64,000 nucleotides of DNA, from NCBI GenBank assembly GCA_963809485.1, contig CAWEJX010000021.1, positions 116,335-180,334 of the forward strand, read 5' to 3'. The translations under genes were made by a program, and so were the position numbers. This document shows positions 45,626 to 55,561 of this stretch, piece after piece. Numbering within the stretch: position 1 is the first letter of the stretch; each line of letters begins with the position of its first letter. This stretch comes from an uncultured Acidobacteriota bacterium (GTDB lineage: Bacteria > Acidobacteriota > UBA6911). The notes under the pieces were generated by a model. That model was not told the origin of the DNA. It searched no databases and saw nothing but the letters and a program-made list of their open reading frames with translations.

Positions 45626-46086
45626 TATCGGGCGAACAGGGATTTCAGGGCAGCAAGAGTTTGCCTGAGTGTGGGAGAGAGCGGGGCCATTTCCGTATTG
45701 CTGCGGATGCTGATCCCGAGAAAATGGACTTGAAGGCCGGGGACTTCCTTTTGCCAGTAGGAAATCAACATGGAAAGCGGGATAGAATGCGTGGAGTGAC
45801 AGATGGAATCCAGTTGATGCGGAGGATACAAGGCCCAGGATCCCTCCGCAAGCGATTCATCGAAGACCGCGTCCACCAGCAGGACCGTCCCGCCGGCCAT
45901 TTGCCGGACCCAGGACATCGCGTTCTCGACGGCCGTCCCGACTGCATGAGCCTGAAATCCTTCGCTGCCGAGAGACTCGATGTCTTCGGCCAGCATGTGG
46001 CCGATCGCATCGTCCCCACGCAGCGGGTTGCCGACTCCCAGAACCAGCAGCGGCCGGATTTTCAGGATTTCGGAGAGCGTTTGCAT
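45625..46086 (-). CDS. hycI: Hydrogenase maturation endopeptidase (HycI-like)
   Basis: LVLGVGNPLRGDDAIG, VLLVDAV, STHSIPL. Confidence 0.9.
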   Translation of the reverse strand: MQTLSEILKIRPLLVLGVGNPLRGDDAIGHMLAEDIESLGSEGFQAHAVGTAVENAMSWVRQMAGGTVLLVDAVFDESLAEGSWALYPPHQLDSICHSTHSIPLSMLISYWQKEVPGLQVHFLGISIRSNTEMAPLSPTLRQTLAALKSLFAR

Positions 46087-46093
46087 TGCGAAT

Positions 46094-46140
46094 AAAAAGG
46101 CACCGGGAGCCGGTAACTGCAAATTCCGGCTCCCGGTGCC
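46094..46140 (-). terminator. Strong hairpin plus U-tract between the ferredoxin subunit and hycI
   Basis: ggcaccgggagccgg...ccggctcccggtgcc followed by ttttt on the minus strand. Confidence 0.6.
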
Positions 46141-46159
46141 AACCGTTCCTTAACCGTTT

Positions 46160-46565
46160 TTATTCGGAAACAATCCGCAGAGCATCGCGCGTGAAATTTG
46201 CGACTTCGAATTCCTCGTCGAGATAGATTGCATCCTTGGGGCAGACTTCCGCACAGCGGGCGCAGTGAATGCAGCGGTCCAGGTAAAGAATCATCTGGAA
46301 CTTTTTCACCGGCTTCTTCCCCTCTTCCGGAGGCGGATCCGACGGGCTGGGCGGCTTCAGCACTATCTCGATCGCTTCCGACGTGCAATCGCGCACGCAG
46401 GCTTTGCAGCCGACACAGAGGCCCGGCCTCATGCGCGGAGTGCCGCGGAATCCTGCCGCAACCTGGGCCTTGGCAAAGGGATATTCCCGGGTTGCCGGTG
46501 TTTCGGCCAAATTGCCCGAGGAGTTCGGGGATAAATACACCTGCTACCATATTAAAAGACTCCAT
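46160..46565 (-). CDS. Group 4 hydrogenase 2[4Fe-4S] subunit (NuoI/EchF/MbhN-like; frameshift near the 5' end)
   Basis: PATREYPF..FRG...CVGCKACVRDC, CIHCARCAEVCP. Confidence 0.85.
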
Positions 46566-47522
46566 TTCCTTTGAAAATAAGAACGATCAAAAGCTGGACC
46601 AGGCTTACGGGCGCCAGGTATTTCCAGCTGAAGGTCACGATCTGGTCAATGCGGATCCGGGCGAATGCCGCTCGTATGACGCTGAGCAGGAACACGATGA
46701 AAGCGGTTTTGACCAGCAGTTGGAGCCCGCCGAGCAAGATCCCGCCGGGGAATCCGCCCAGGAAAAGCGCGGCGATGAAGGCCGAACCGACCAGCATCAG
46801 GATGTCTTTCTGAAGCCGGAACAGGGCCAGCTTTTTCCCGCTGTATTCCGTAAGCGGGCCGCCGACAACTTCGGTTTCGGCCTCGGGGATGTCGAAGGGA
46901 ACGCGCTCGAGTTTCGCCTGCAGGGTGAGCAGCGCCACCACAAATGCAAGCACCTGGACCAGGATGACCCACCAGGCGCCGCTCGTCCAGGGAAAAGCGG
47001 CGATCTTCTGGATCTGCCAGCTGCCGGCAACCACGGCGGGCGTCAGCAGCGCGAGGAAAAACGGGACCTCGTAGGCGAACAGCTGGGTGAGGACGCGCGT
47101 CGCACCGATCAGGCTGAAAGGGCTGACGGAAAACCAACCCGCAAGAAACAGTACCAGCGAGGGGATGGACAGCAGATAGAGCACGACGATCAGGTCGCCT
47201 TCAAAGGAGTTGTACGGGGTGAACAGCCAGACCGGTATGTACAATCCGGCCGTCATGACCGCCGCCAGCCCGAGGATCGGCATGAGGCTGAACATGAAGC
47301 GGTCCGCGCCGGCCGGGACGATATCTTCCTTGAAGAAGAGCTTGAAAATAGTCGGCCACAGGCTGAAGCATGCCTTGGTAGCCGGTATACAGAGGGCCGC
47401 GCCGGTTCTGCATGCGCGCGTAAAACTTCCGGTCCATCCACTCCAGGAAAGTCGAAAAAACGAACTGGAAAACAAAACCGGGGAAAACCAGGATATACAA
47501 TAATCGGGTTGATGACTTCCAT
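46552..47522 (-). CDS. Group 4 hydrogenase membrane subunit (NuoH/EchB/MbhM-like; frameshifted)
   Basis: LVFPGF...EWMDRKFYARMQNRRGP, QPVAD, KLFFKEDI, AYEVP, RVPFDIPEAETEVVGGPLTEYSG, ARIRIDQ. Confidence 0.88.
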
Positions 47523-47537
47523 TGAATCCCCCCAGGA

Positions 47538-48736
47538 TCAGAAACGAATCCCCTTGTTCTTGCCGTACCAATCGATGCCGTAGCGGCGCAGTTCTTCCCA
47601 GGTCGCTACCCGGGTGCCGTTCTTGCGGTCGCGGAGCACGATCGCCATCCGGTCCGTGCACGAGAAGCACGGATCGATGGAAGCAATCGCGATCGGGATA
47701 TCGGCCACAAAGGCACCGATGACGGATTCGGTGGCCGCTTCGAGGTTCGCCATCGTGGGGGCGCGGACACGGACTCGCTCCGGCTTGTCCGTGCCGTTGC
47801 CGCGGACGAAGTGAACGTCTTCCCCGCGCGGCGCTTCGTAGCGGCTGACGGCCACCCGGCCGGCGCTTTGCGCGGCACCTTGGCGGCGACGATTTCCCCT
47901 TCCGGGAGATTCGTCAGAAGCTGTTCAATCATCTTGCAGGATTCCACGATCTCGAGGACGCGCACGATCACGCGGCCGTAAATGTCGCACGAGTCGCTGG
48001 TGACGACCTTAAAATCGAGCTCCTTATATGCGGCGTACGGATCATCGCGGCGGACGTCGACATCCACGTCGCTGGCCCGGGCAAACGGCCCGACTGCGCA
48101 CATCTCGGCAGCCCGTTTCGTCGTCAGCTTTCCGACTCCCTGGATGCGCCCCACAAAACTGGGTTCATTGGTGCCGATATGGGCGTAATAGTCCAGCCGC
48201 TTTTTAAGCACCGAGAGCAGGTCCAGGATCTTTTTGCGCTGCGCGTCGTTGATATCGCGCCGGACGCCGCCGATGGTATTGATCGCGTAATTGACCCGGT
48301 TGCCGCCGATCTCCTCCAGAATGTCCATGACGAGTTCGCGATCGCGCCAGACAAGCATGAACATCGAGTCGAAACCGACCTCATGGGCCGCAACGCCAAG
48401 CCAGAGCAGGTGGCTGTGAAGCCGTTCCAGTTCGCACACCAGCGTGCGCAGATAGAGCCCGCGCCGGGGCACTTCCACCTTCATGATTTCTTCAACCGCC
48501 TGCGTGAACGCGGTTGTGTGAGAGTGCGAGCATATGCCGCAGACGCGCTCCAGGAGATACAGGCATTGATAATAATTCCGGGCTTCGCAGGCTTTCTCGA
48601 TTCCGCGGTGGTTGTAGCCGATGTTCATGCGGGCGCCGACAATTTCTTCCCCGTGGATGTCGAAATCGAATTTGGCCGGCTCCTTCAGGAACGGGTGCTG
48701 GGGACCAATCGGTATGCGAAATGTAGAATCATCCAT
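47538..48736 (-). CDS. Group 4 [NiFe]-hydrogenase large subunit (frameshift near 47855)
   Basis: IPIGPQHP..KEP, GYNHRGIEK, L1 ERVCGICSHSH, EAPRGE, RAPT.AN, L2 DPCFSCTDR with cleavable C-terminal extension. Confidence 0.92.
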
Positions 48737-48737
48737 A

Positions 48738-49200
48738 TTACTTTGCCTCCTTCGCTGTCTCTTCCGCGTCCTTGTTGAACTGCACGTCTTTTCGAAGCGG
48801 ATAAACACCCTCGGGCCAGTCCTCCGGCACTGCCTGGCGCCTGAGGTCGGGATGTCCGACCGGAATGATCCCGAACAGGTCCTTCAGTTCCCGTTCATAG
48901 ACCATGGCCCCGGGCACCAGGCCGGCCAGCGAGGGGACACTCGGCTTTGTCACGGTCGATGCGCACCTGAAGCACAACGACCCTGGGTCCCGTAAACACA
49001 TAGTTGCATAGGAAGGCGTCGCGCAGATCCTCGCCCACGATCACTGCCAGCTGGATAATCGAAAACCGATCGCGCAGCACACCAACGGCCGGGATCAGTT
49101 CGCTGCGTTTCAGTGTGACCCAAAAACGGCCGTTCGACCCGAGCGTCACCTGCGAATCGGGGAATGCTTCTTTCAGCCTGGCTTCAAAATCTTCCGTCAT
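48738..49200 (-). CDS. Group 4 hydrogenase NuoC/EchD/MbhK-like subunit (frameshift)
   Basis: PSLAGLVPGAMVYERELKDLFGI...GHPDLRR...PEDWPEGVYPLRK. Confidence 0.85.
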
Positions 49201-49214
49201 GAACCCTTCCTCCT

Positions 49215-50051
49215 CTACGCAATTTTCTTCTGCAGGCTGCCGAGCAGTTTGGCCACGCCGTCGATGATGGCTTCCGGCCTGACGGGACACCCGGGGATGT
49301 ACGCCGAAACCGGGATGACCTGATCAATCCCTTCCATCACGTTGTAGCAGCCGCGGAATGCGCCGCCGCTGCAGGCACAAGCGCCGACCGCCACCACGAA
49401 TTTGGGCTCCGGCATCTGGTCATAAATGCGCCGGAGGCGTTTCGCAATCTGCTTGGTCACCGGCCCGCTGCACACCAGAATATCGGCATGGCGCGGCGTA
49501 GCCTTCAGCAGGACGCCGAACCGTTCCAGATCGTAGTGGGGCATAAGCGCCGCAAGGATTTCAATATCGCACCCGTTGCAGGCACCCGAATTGAAGTGCA
49601 AAATCCAGGGAGATTTTACCCCGGCCAGTATCAGGGCCACCTGGCCAAGGACGTCGGCGCTTCTTATTTCCCAAAACACCTTTTGAAACGAGCCCGACGG
49701 ATTGGGGACAACTCCCACCGGCAACACATTCGCCACCCACCGGATCAGGAAATAGTCGATGCCGAGAAAAATCAGAGCAAAGAGCGGCACGAAATAGGTC
49801 GGCAGCCGGGTCTCGATATTTTTATCTGAATCCTTGGTCAGGCTGACCGTCGCGATGAAAAGCACCGTAATCAGCCCGGCGCAGACGCTCAACTCAAAAA
49901 CTCCGGCGATGTTGGCGCCGAATTTAAAAAGAACCAGCGCCAGAATGGCGGAAATGGTCGCCAGACAAATTGCGACATACAGCAGGTCCTTGAATATGCA
50001 GCACCCGATCGAAAGCAGTACCAGCAATCCCAGAAGCACCCAAAGCAGCAT
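49215..50051 (-). CDS. NuoJ/MbhD-like membrane domain fused in frame to the hydrogenase small subunit (NuoB/EchC-like)
   Basis: FELSVCAGLITVLF...FWEIRSADVLGQVALILAGV|KSPWILHFNSGACNGCDIE...PRHADIL...GACACSGG...PGCPVRPEAI. Confidence 0.85.
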   Translation of the reverse strand: MLLWVLLGLLVLLSIGCCIFKDLLYVAICLATISAILALVLFKFGANIAGVFELSVCAGLITVLFIATVSLTKDSDKNIETRLPTYFVPLFALIFLGIDYFLIRWVANVLPVGVVPNPSGSFQKVFWEIRSADVLGQVALILAGVKSPWILHFNSGACNGCDIEILAALMPHYDLERFGVLLKATPRHADILVCSGPVTKQIAKRLRRIYDQMPEPKFVVAVGACACSGGAFRGCYNVMEGIDQVIPVSAYIPGCPVRPEAIIDGVAKLLGSLQKKIA

Positions 50052-50319
50052 TTCAATGGAACCGCATTCCACCACAATATCAAAAATTTTAATGTGCTGT
50101 TGACATTTCAATAAGTTTTACTTCTAGCCATAGTTGCTTGCCCGCCATGGGTTTCCGGCCGGCATTTTCAAACGGCTTCAGGAAAATCCATATTGTGCCG
50201 GCGGGTCAGGGTACGCATAATTCGTTCAAGGTTATCACCGGGAGACCGGCGCCGATGACTGCAGACTGTCGTTGAGAATCATGGAAATATTTACCCAGCA
50301 AACAACCGGAGGGACATCG

Positions 50320-50784
50320 ATGGCGGAATCAAAATACGGCAAATATATCGTTACGGAGGATCGCATGCCGCCGCAGCCGGCGGAGTGGATCAAGGCGATG
50401 GACGACCAGGCAAAAGAGGGCCGGATACTGGACAGGACAATGCTGCTCGGGATTATGGATTCCATAGTTCCCGGATGCTCGCTTTTTGCAGGCTGCGAAA
50501 TACTCTGGGGCCTTCCCGGAGGTAAACCCGTGGCTATCGAAATTCCCCACAGCCACGATTTTGACGAGGTTATCGGCTTTGCCGGTACAAACAGGAACTA
50601 CCCCCGCGATCTGGGAGGTGAAATCGAGTTTCCCATAGGAGAAGAAGTTCATACCTTGACGAAGACCTGCCTGATCTTTGTGCCGAAGGGCGTACAGCAC
50701 TGCCCGGTGCTTTTCAAAAGAATCGACACGCCGATCTTCATGTTCGAAGCGGCAAACAATGCGGAGTATATAAAGAAACTGTAA
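50320..50784 (+). CDS. Cupin-fold hypothetical protein
   Basis: SKYGKYI...PHSHDFDEVIGFAG.N...DLGGEIEF...E.H......FVPKGVQHCP; RBS ggaggg. Confidence 0.7.
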   Translation: MAESKYGKYIVTEDRMPPQPAEWIKAMDDQAKEGRILDRTMLLGIMDSIVPGCSLFAGCEILWGLPGGKPVAIEIPHSHDFDEVIGFAGTNRNYPRDLGGEIEFPIGEEVHTLTKTCLIFVPKGVQHCPVLFKRIDTPIFMFEAANNAEYIKKL

Positions 50785-50967
50785 TGGGAATTTATGATAC
50801 TCCGCCTCCAAAACGCTGACAAACACTGACCCTTGCGCAAGTCCTCGGCATTCATCAGCGTTTTTTCAGCCTCCGTCGGCGTTACACGCCCCCGAGCTAT
50901 CAGACCATTTGAGGCCCTGAGCAACGCAGGGAATTACACTCTTGTCCAAATTGGCTTTCGATTCATG

Positions 50968-51160
50968 GGGGCCGGAGGCCCGGCAGAAAATAGCCAGGGG
51001 TGAGCGCAGCGAACCCCTGGTAGGAATTGGCAATAGCAAGAGCCCTGGAAGGGCCATAGCATATAGTCTTTCGCCCTTCCCAGGGCTCTTTTCTCCGCCA
51101 TAGGAACCAGGGGTTCGCTGCGCTCATCCCTGGCTATTTTCTTTCCGCCCCTATCGGGGC
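50968..51160. repeat. REPIN-like nested palindrome
   Basis: agaaaatagccaggggtgagcgcagcgaacccctggt pairs with accaggggttcgctgcgctcatccctggctattttct; inner agccctggaagggc / gcccttcccagggct. Confidence 0.85.
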
Positions 51161-51292
51161 TTGGTCTCAACCTTGTCCTTACACAGGCACTTCAAGCACC
51201 ATAAGGCGAATGCTTTCAGTCAGCCTTCCGCCTCTAATGGGCAAATTTGGACAGCACTGCGGGAAATACAGATTCCTTTACGGGAGCGGCGG

Positions 51293-53956
51293 CTATCGGC
51301 TGAACCAGTAGGCGAGACGGACCAGGAATATATCGTTGGAGGGTGCCGAAAACAGCTTTCCAATATCGCTTCCTGCGGAAAACTGACCGGGATTGGCGAA
51401 GTCCTGGCGGTCTTCGGTCCACACCAGGTACAGTGTTGATCCGGGCCTCCATTCCCAACGGAAGATGGCGTTCAGGCGCAGCGATTTGAAGTTGAAATCG
51501 GGATCCTCAAAGGTGAATGGCGGGGCAGGGCCATCCCCGTCCGGATCGACAGCGTAAATACCGCCGGCCTCGGAACTGATCCGGCCGATATCCTGCCCAT
51601 ATTTAAAAAAAGAAAGAGTTTTCGGGCGGGCAAACTCCTTGAAATCCCAATAGTCTCCAACCGAGATCAGAGGCTGCATGTAGACCTGCAAGGATATTTT
51701 GGGGCTGAGGATCCAGTTGACGCGCGTCGTCATGGAGGTCTCCAATTGATCGATATCGGCAAACACATACCGTGACCCATAGGTATGCGTGGCGAGTGGA
51801 TCCGTCACCGTCTTGACATACTGGGCAATTCCGCGGGACCGGTCGACGCTGGGTCCCACGGAGAGGCTGAGAGACGAAAATGGCTTGAAGCTGACATTGA
51901 TGTTTCCGGAAGCGCCCCAATTCCCCTCTTCATTCCATCCATAGCTGAAGGAGGTGTCCAACGAGACTTTTTTGCGGGAATCGCTGTTAAATCCGAAGTC
52001 GACGAATCCCCCTCCGGCTTTTGCGGCTGCAGGACCGCCCCTGGTTAACCGGTCATCCTGTGCGCGCCGTGATAATCCGGCATCGATCCAGTACGACCAG
52101 TAGGCCATGGTCGTCAGGCCGGCCGAACCGTATACACCATCGCTCTGGCGCTTTCCCCCGAAGTTCCATGTCCACCATTTCGCGGCATAGAGATACCGGC
52201 TCCGGCTCCAGCGATCGGGCTTCTCCTTTCTCCAATTCAGAACGGCATGGGCGCCCGCTATATCGCCGCCCGTCTGGAATCCCAGGTCGTTGGATTCGAA
52301 GCCGGGACTTGTGCCCCAAATGGCGGTGTTAAAGAGCACGTTCCCGCTCTGGCGATTCAGGTTAACGCTGCCGGTCCATCCCTGGAGCGACGTGGAACCA
52401 GGATGCAGACTTACATGACCGGCATCGGGACGCTGGAAATAGTGTTGGGGCGCATGCTCCAGCCGGTCGATGGCGGACGGGCTGCCTTTCAGATAACTGC
52501 CTGCAAACCTGCCGGTCACAACCCAGTCTTTGCGCGCATCCAGGAAGTAGTAGCCATCCACTCCGGCGACATAGGCCTGCTCGGGCAGCATGTCGCGGAG
52601 CTCCGGTTCTCTGAGGTCACGAAGCACGCCGGTCGTGAGGAAGCCGAAGCCTCCGCGTTCCTTTTCCTTTAGAACACGGCCGACAAAGTAGTTGGTCATC
52701 GGCTCAACTTCAGCCGTCGATCGCCGGTCATCCTGAACAACCTTCGCATATTCCCTGGCGGTTACAGCTTCCACCAGGCCCAATGTCCAGCCATTCTTTG
52801 TTTTCCCGGTGATTTTGCCGGCGCCGAGAATTGTTGTTGCATCGGGGAAATCCACATAATCCCCGTCAACTTCTCTCTGTGGATATCGGCCGATCCTGCG
52901 CGAATAAAAGATGGTCGGCTCCTGGCGGTTAAATCCATAGAAGCTGTTGGAGCCGAGCTGCCCGAAATTTTCAAAAATGGCGGCACCTTCGAGAAAGAAC
53001 GGGCGTTTCTCAGGATAAAAGGTCTCAAATGCGGTGAGGTTGACGACGGCCGGATCCACTTCAACCTGACCAAAATCCGGATTGATCGTCGCATCAAGAG
53101 TGAAGTTGCTGCTGAGTCCATATTTTATGTCGACACCCGCCGTTCCCGACTGCGCTGATCCGTCGTTGAACGGATCGTTCGGGGACTGCGGCTCGATGAA
53201 CTCCATTCGGCCGACGACATACGGCATCAGATCAAGGTGCTTTTTCGCTTCGAGTCCGTCAATCCCGTCCAGATCGTTCATCCGTGAAGCAACGCCGCTT
53301 TCAGTTTTGGGGACCAGGCGCAGCCAGACGCTCTCGTTTTTGCGATAGATGAAACGTGTCGCGTTGATTCCCCAAACGTGATGCTCCGACCCCGGGAAAC
53401 GCAGCTGAGAAAACGGGATGCGCATCTCCGCGCACCATCCTTCACTATTGACGCTTACCGCGGATTCCCAGACACCCTCCCAGGACCAGTCAATGAAGGT
53501 GTCATTTGAGATGCTCCCGTCGCGCTGAACGCCTGCCGCGCTGATCTGGAAGACCGCCCCTGTCAGGCCGTCGTGATAGGGGCTGAGCTGAATGGCGAAC
53601 ATATCGCAGTCAAAAACGTCATCCCTGCGGGAAAGCCGCCGGACAATCTTCGGTGGCTCGCTGTCAAATAGCTGAACTCCTACATAGAGAGCCGTATCGT
53701 CGTAGGCAATTCGCATTTCGGACCGTTCGGTAGCCTGTTTGCCTTCGTCCGGATCGCGCTGGGTGAAAACCATCTCAGGAGGCGCAAGGTTCCAGGTTTC
53801 CTCCTTCAATGCTCCGTCCAGATCTATTTTCCCTGCAACCCGCACTGCATGCGCAACACGAACGGGGCCTGGTTTGCTGTTCGCTGCAGAGACGGATAGG
53901 GCCGGAGGCAAAAAAATGCTGAGGGCTGTCAGAATGTAGCTGAGACATCTGCTCAT
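51293..53956 (-). CDS. CBM9-like plus DUF5916 outer-membrane protein
   Basis: IDLDGALKEETW, WEGVWESA...GWCAEMRIPFSQLRF, NPDFGQVEVDPAVVNL, EKRPFFLEG, FYSRRIG, C-terminal YWF. Confidence 0.85.
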   Translation of the reverse strand: MSRCLSYILTALSIFLPPALSVSAANSKPGPVRVAHAVRVAGKIDLDGALKEETWNLAPPEMVFTQRDPDEGKQATERSEMRIAYDDTALYVGVQLFDSEPPKIVRRLSRRDDVFDCDMFAIQLSPYHDGLTGAVFQISAAGVQRDGSISNDTFIDWSWEGVWESAVSVNSEGWCAEMRIPFSQLRFPGSEHHVWGINATRFIYRKNESVWLRLVPKTESGVASRMNDLDGIDGLEAKKHLDLMPYVVGRMEFIEPQSPNDPFNDGSAQSGTAGVDIKYGLSSNFTLDATINPDFGQVEVDPAVVNLTAFETFYPEKRPFFLEGAAIFENFGQLGSNSFYGFNRQEPTIFYSRRIGRYPQREVDGDYVDFPDATTILGAGKITGKTKNGWTLGLVEAVTAREYAKVVQDDRRSTAEVEPMTNYFVGRVLKEKERGGFGFLTTGVLRDLREPELRDMLPEQAYVAGVDGYYFLDARKDWVVTGRFAGSYLKGSPSAIDRLEHAPQHYFQRPDAGHVSLHPGSTSLQGWTGSVNLNRQSGNVLFNTAIWGTSPGFESNDLGFQTGGDIAGAHAVLNWRKEKPDRWSRSRYLYAAKWWTWNFGGKRQSDGVYGSAGLTTMAYWSYWIDAGLSRRAQDDRLTRGGPAAAKAGGGFVDFGFNSDSRKKVSLDTSFSYGWNEEGNWGASGNINVSFKPFSSLSLSVGPSVDRSRGIAQYVKTVTDPLATHTYGSRYVFADIDQLETSMTTRVNWILSPKISLQVYMQPLISVGDYWDFKEFARPKTLSFFKYGQDIGRISSEAGGIYAVDPDGDGPAPPFTFEDPDFNFKSLRLNAIFRWEWRPGSTLYLVWTEDRQDFANPGQFSAGSDIGKLFSAPSNDIFLVRLAYWFSR

Positions 53957-54109
53957 GCACGGGCTCTCAATAGCTCAGAGGATCCATACGCCGCTGCACG
54001 GGCCGGATGGAAACCGGAGAAGCAGTACTCTATGAATGATTCGCAGGCGCGCTATCGATTGTCTTTACGTGCAAATCACCACATTTGTTCCTTTTTTGCT
54101 GTTCCGAGC

Positions 54110-54314
54110 AGCTCCGGCCTTGCCGGAGGCAAGATTTGCACCGCTCAAAGCGGCTGGAGGAGTTACGCCGGTCTTGAACGCCGACATACGCGGGCAAAAG
54201 CCGATGAGGCGCCTCATCGGCTTTTGTCAGCGATTTTGTCAGCGTATCTCAGCGTTTCAAAATACGGAGCTGTCAAACTCTATGAGTCCCCGGCAGAGCC
54301 GGGGATTTACCAAT
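54110..54314 (-). mobile_element. IS200-family-derived MITE, copy 2
   Basis: Homologous ends to the other copies; internal perfect palindrome caaaagccgatgaggcgcctcatcggcttttg. Confidence 0.8.
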
Positions 54315-54331
54315 AGAATTAGGCCAGGCGG

Positions 54332-55393
54332 CTACTTCGCAAATGCGATTCCGAGTCCGGTAGTGTAAAGCAAGTCGTTGGTCTGGCGGCCTGGGGCCGG
54401 CTCGCTCATATAGCGATCACTCAGCGCAATATTCCATGAAAGCCATTTAAAAAGCTGCGTGCTCAAGCCGATGTCGAAGTTCACGCGGTATATGCTTGTA
54501 TCATTCAGGTCGTTGAACATGCGGTAGCTCTGGACCAGGGATGTTTTTGAGCCCAGCTTCAAAGAGTACTCGTCGCCCCAATAAAACTCTGCGGAATTCC
54601 GGACGAATGGCGTCGCATAGCTGGACCGGTTGTACGCGGCTCCGGCGACCAGGTCCAGGCTGCTGCTTTCAGTCTTATAGGCGTGATACCCCAGGCCTCC
54701 TCCGATGACGAACCGAAGGTCCAGATCCTGGAACCGGTCATAATCGTTATCGTTGAAGACGCTTACAAACAGACGTGAATTCACGTTGTGGCCATAGCTG
54801 ATCCCGCCGCGCACGGCTTCGGCGGTGTCCTCGCTCAAGTCCCCGATCCGGGCGGATGCCTTGATAAATCTGAAGTAGAGAGCAGTTTTGTCGGTGTTTG
54901 TCACCCTGCTGGCGTTAAGACCGGTCGTGAAAGTCAGCGATTTGGCATTTCCGGCTGTGCCGGCAAAACCAACAGTTCCCGTTCCTGCCCATAGGTCTCC
55001 CCATCCGGGATGCAGCAACCGCTGGTAAGCCTTTTCCTCGTCATCGTTGCGGATAACGGCGATATCCGCCGGCGTCAGGTTGACCTTTGTCTGCGGCGTC
55101 GTCACTTCCGCTTTTCCGCCTGCTGAGGCCAGAGTGCCCTGCAGCGCCCTGCCGTCCTGTAGGACGATGTTGACGGGCTTTTCGGCCGTAACCGACTCAA
55201 CCTGGTCCCATGGGATGACGACCACGCCAAAGTGCTCGGATTTAACCGTCAGATTTTTATCATCTTTCTTGACGATGCTGCCGGTGACACGGTCGCCGTT
55301 TTTCAGCAAAACCTGATCCGCCCAGGCAGCGGGCAATATAATGCTGAGTGCGAGACAAAATTGGAAAAATTTGCCGCATTTAAGGAACTGCAT
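54332..55393 (-). CDS. DUF481 outer-membrane beta-barrel protein
   Basis: ADQVLLKNGDRVTG, DRFQDLDLR..GGGLGY, C-terminal GLGIAF. Confidence 0.85.
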   Translation of the reverse strand: MQFLKCGKFFQFCLALSIILPAAWADQVLLKNGDRVTGSIVKKDDKNLTVKSEHFGVVVIPWDQVESVTAEKPVNIVLQDGRALQGTLASAGGKAEVTTPQTKVNLTPADIAVIRNDDEEKAYQRLLHPGWGDLWAGTGTVGFAGTAGNAKSLTFTTGLNASRVTNTDKTALYFRFIKASARIGDLSEDTAEAVRGGISYGHNVNSRLFVSVFNDNDYDRFQDLDLRFVIGGGLGYHAYKTESSSLDLVAGAAYNRSSYATPFVRNSAEFYWGDEYSLKLGSKTSLVQSYRMFNDLNDTSIYRVNFDIGLSTQLFKWLSWNIALSDRYMSEPAPGRQTNDLLYTTGLGIAFAK

Positions 55394-55561
55394 GATATTA
55401 CCTCCCCAACTGATTGCGCTGATCCGTACGCCAAAGCTACGAACTGACCGCCATATAGGCATATATATAGGCCATCCCAACTTCGGAAGCAAGGCAGGAA
55501 ATGGAGCCGGTCCGCGATGCGCGGGCGGTCCGCAGGCACCGGTTATGCGTACCAGACCGGT

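Noticed and set aside
47538-48736. Complex I NuoD or Ni-free Ehr/Mbx subunit
   Set aside because: Both CxxC nickel-binding motifs, a cleavable extension and a HycI protease are present.
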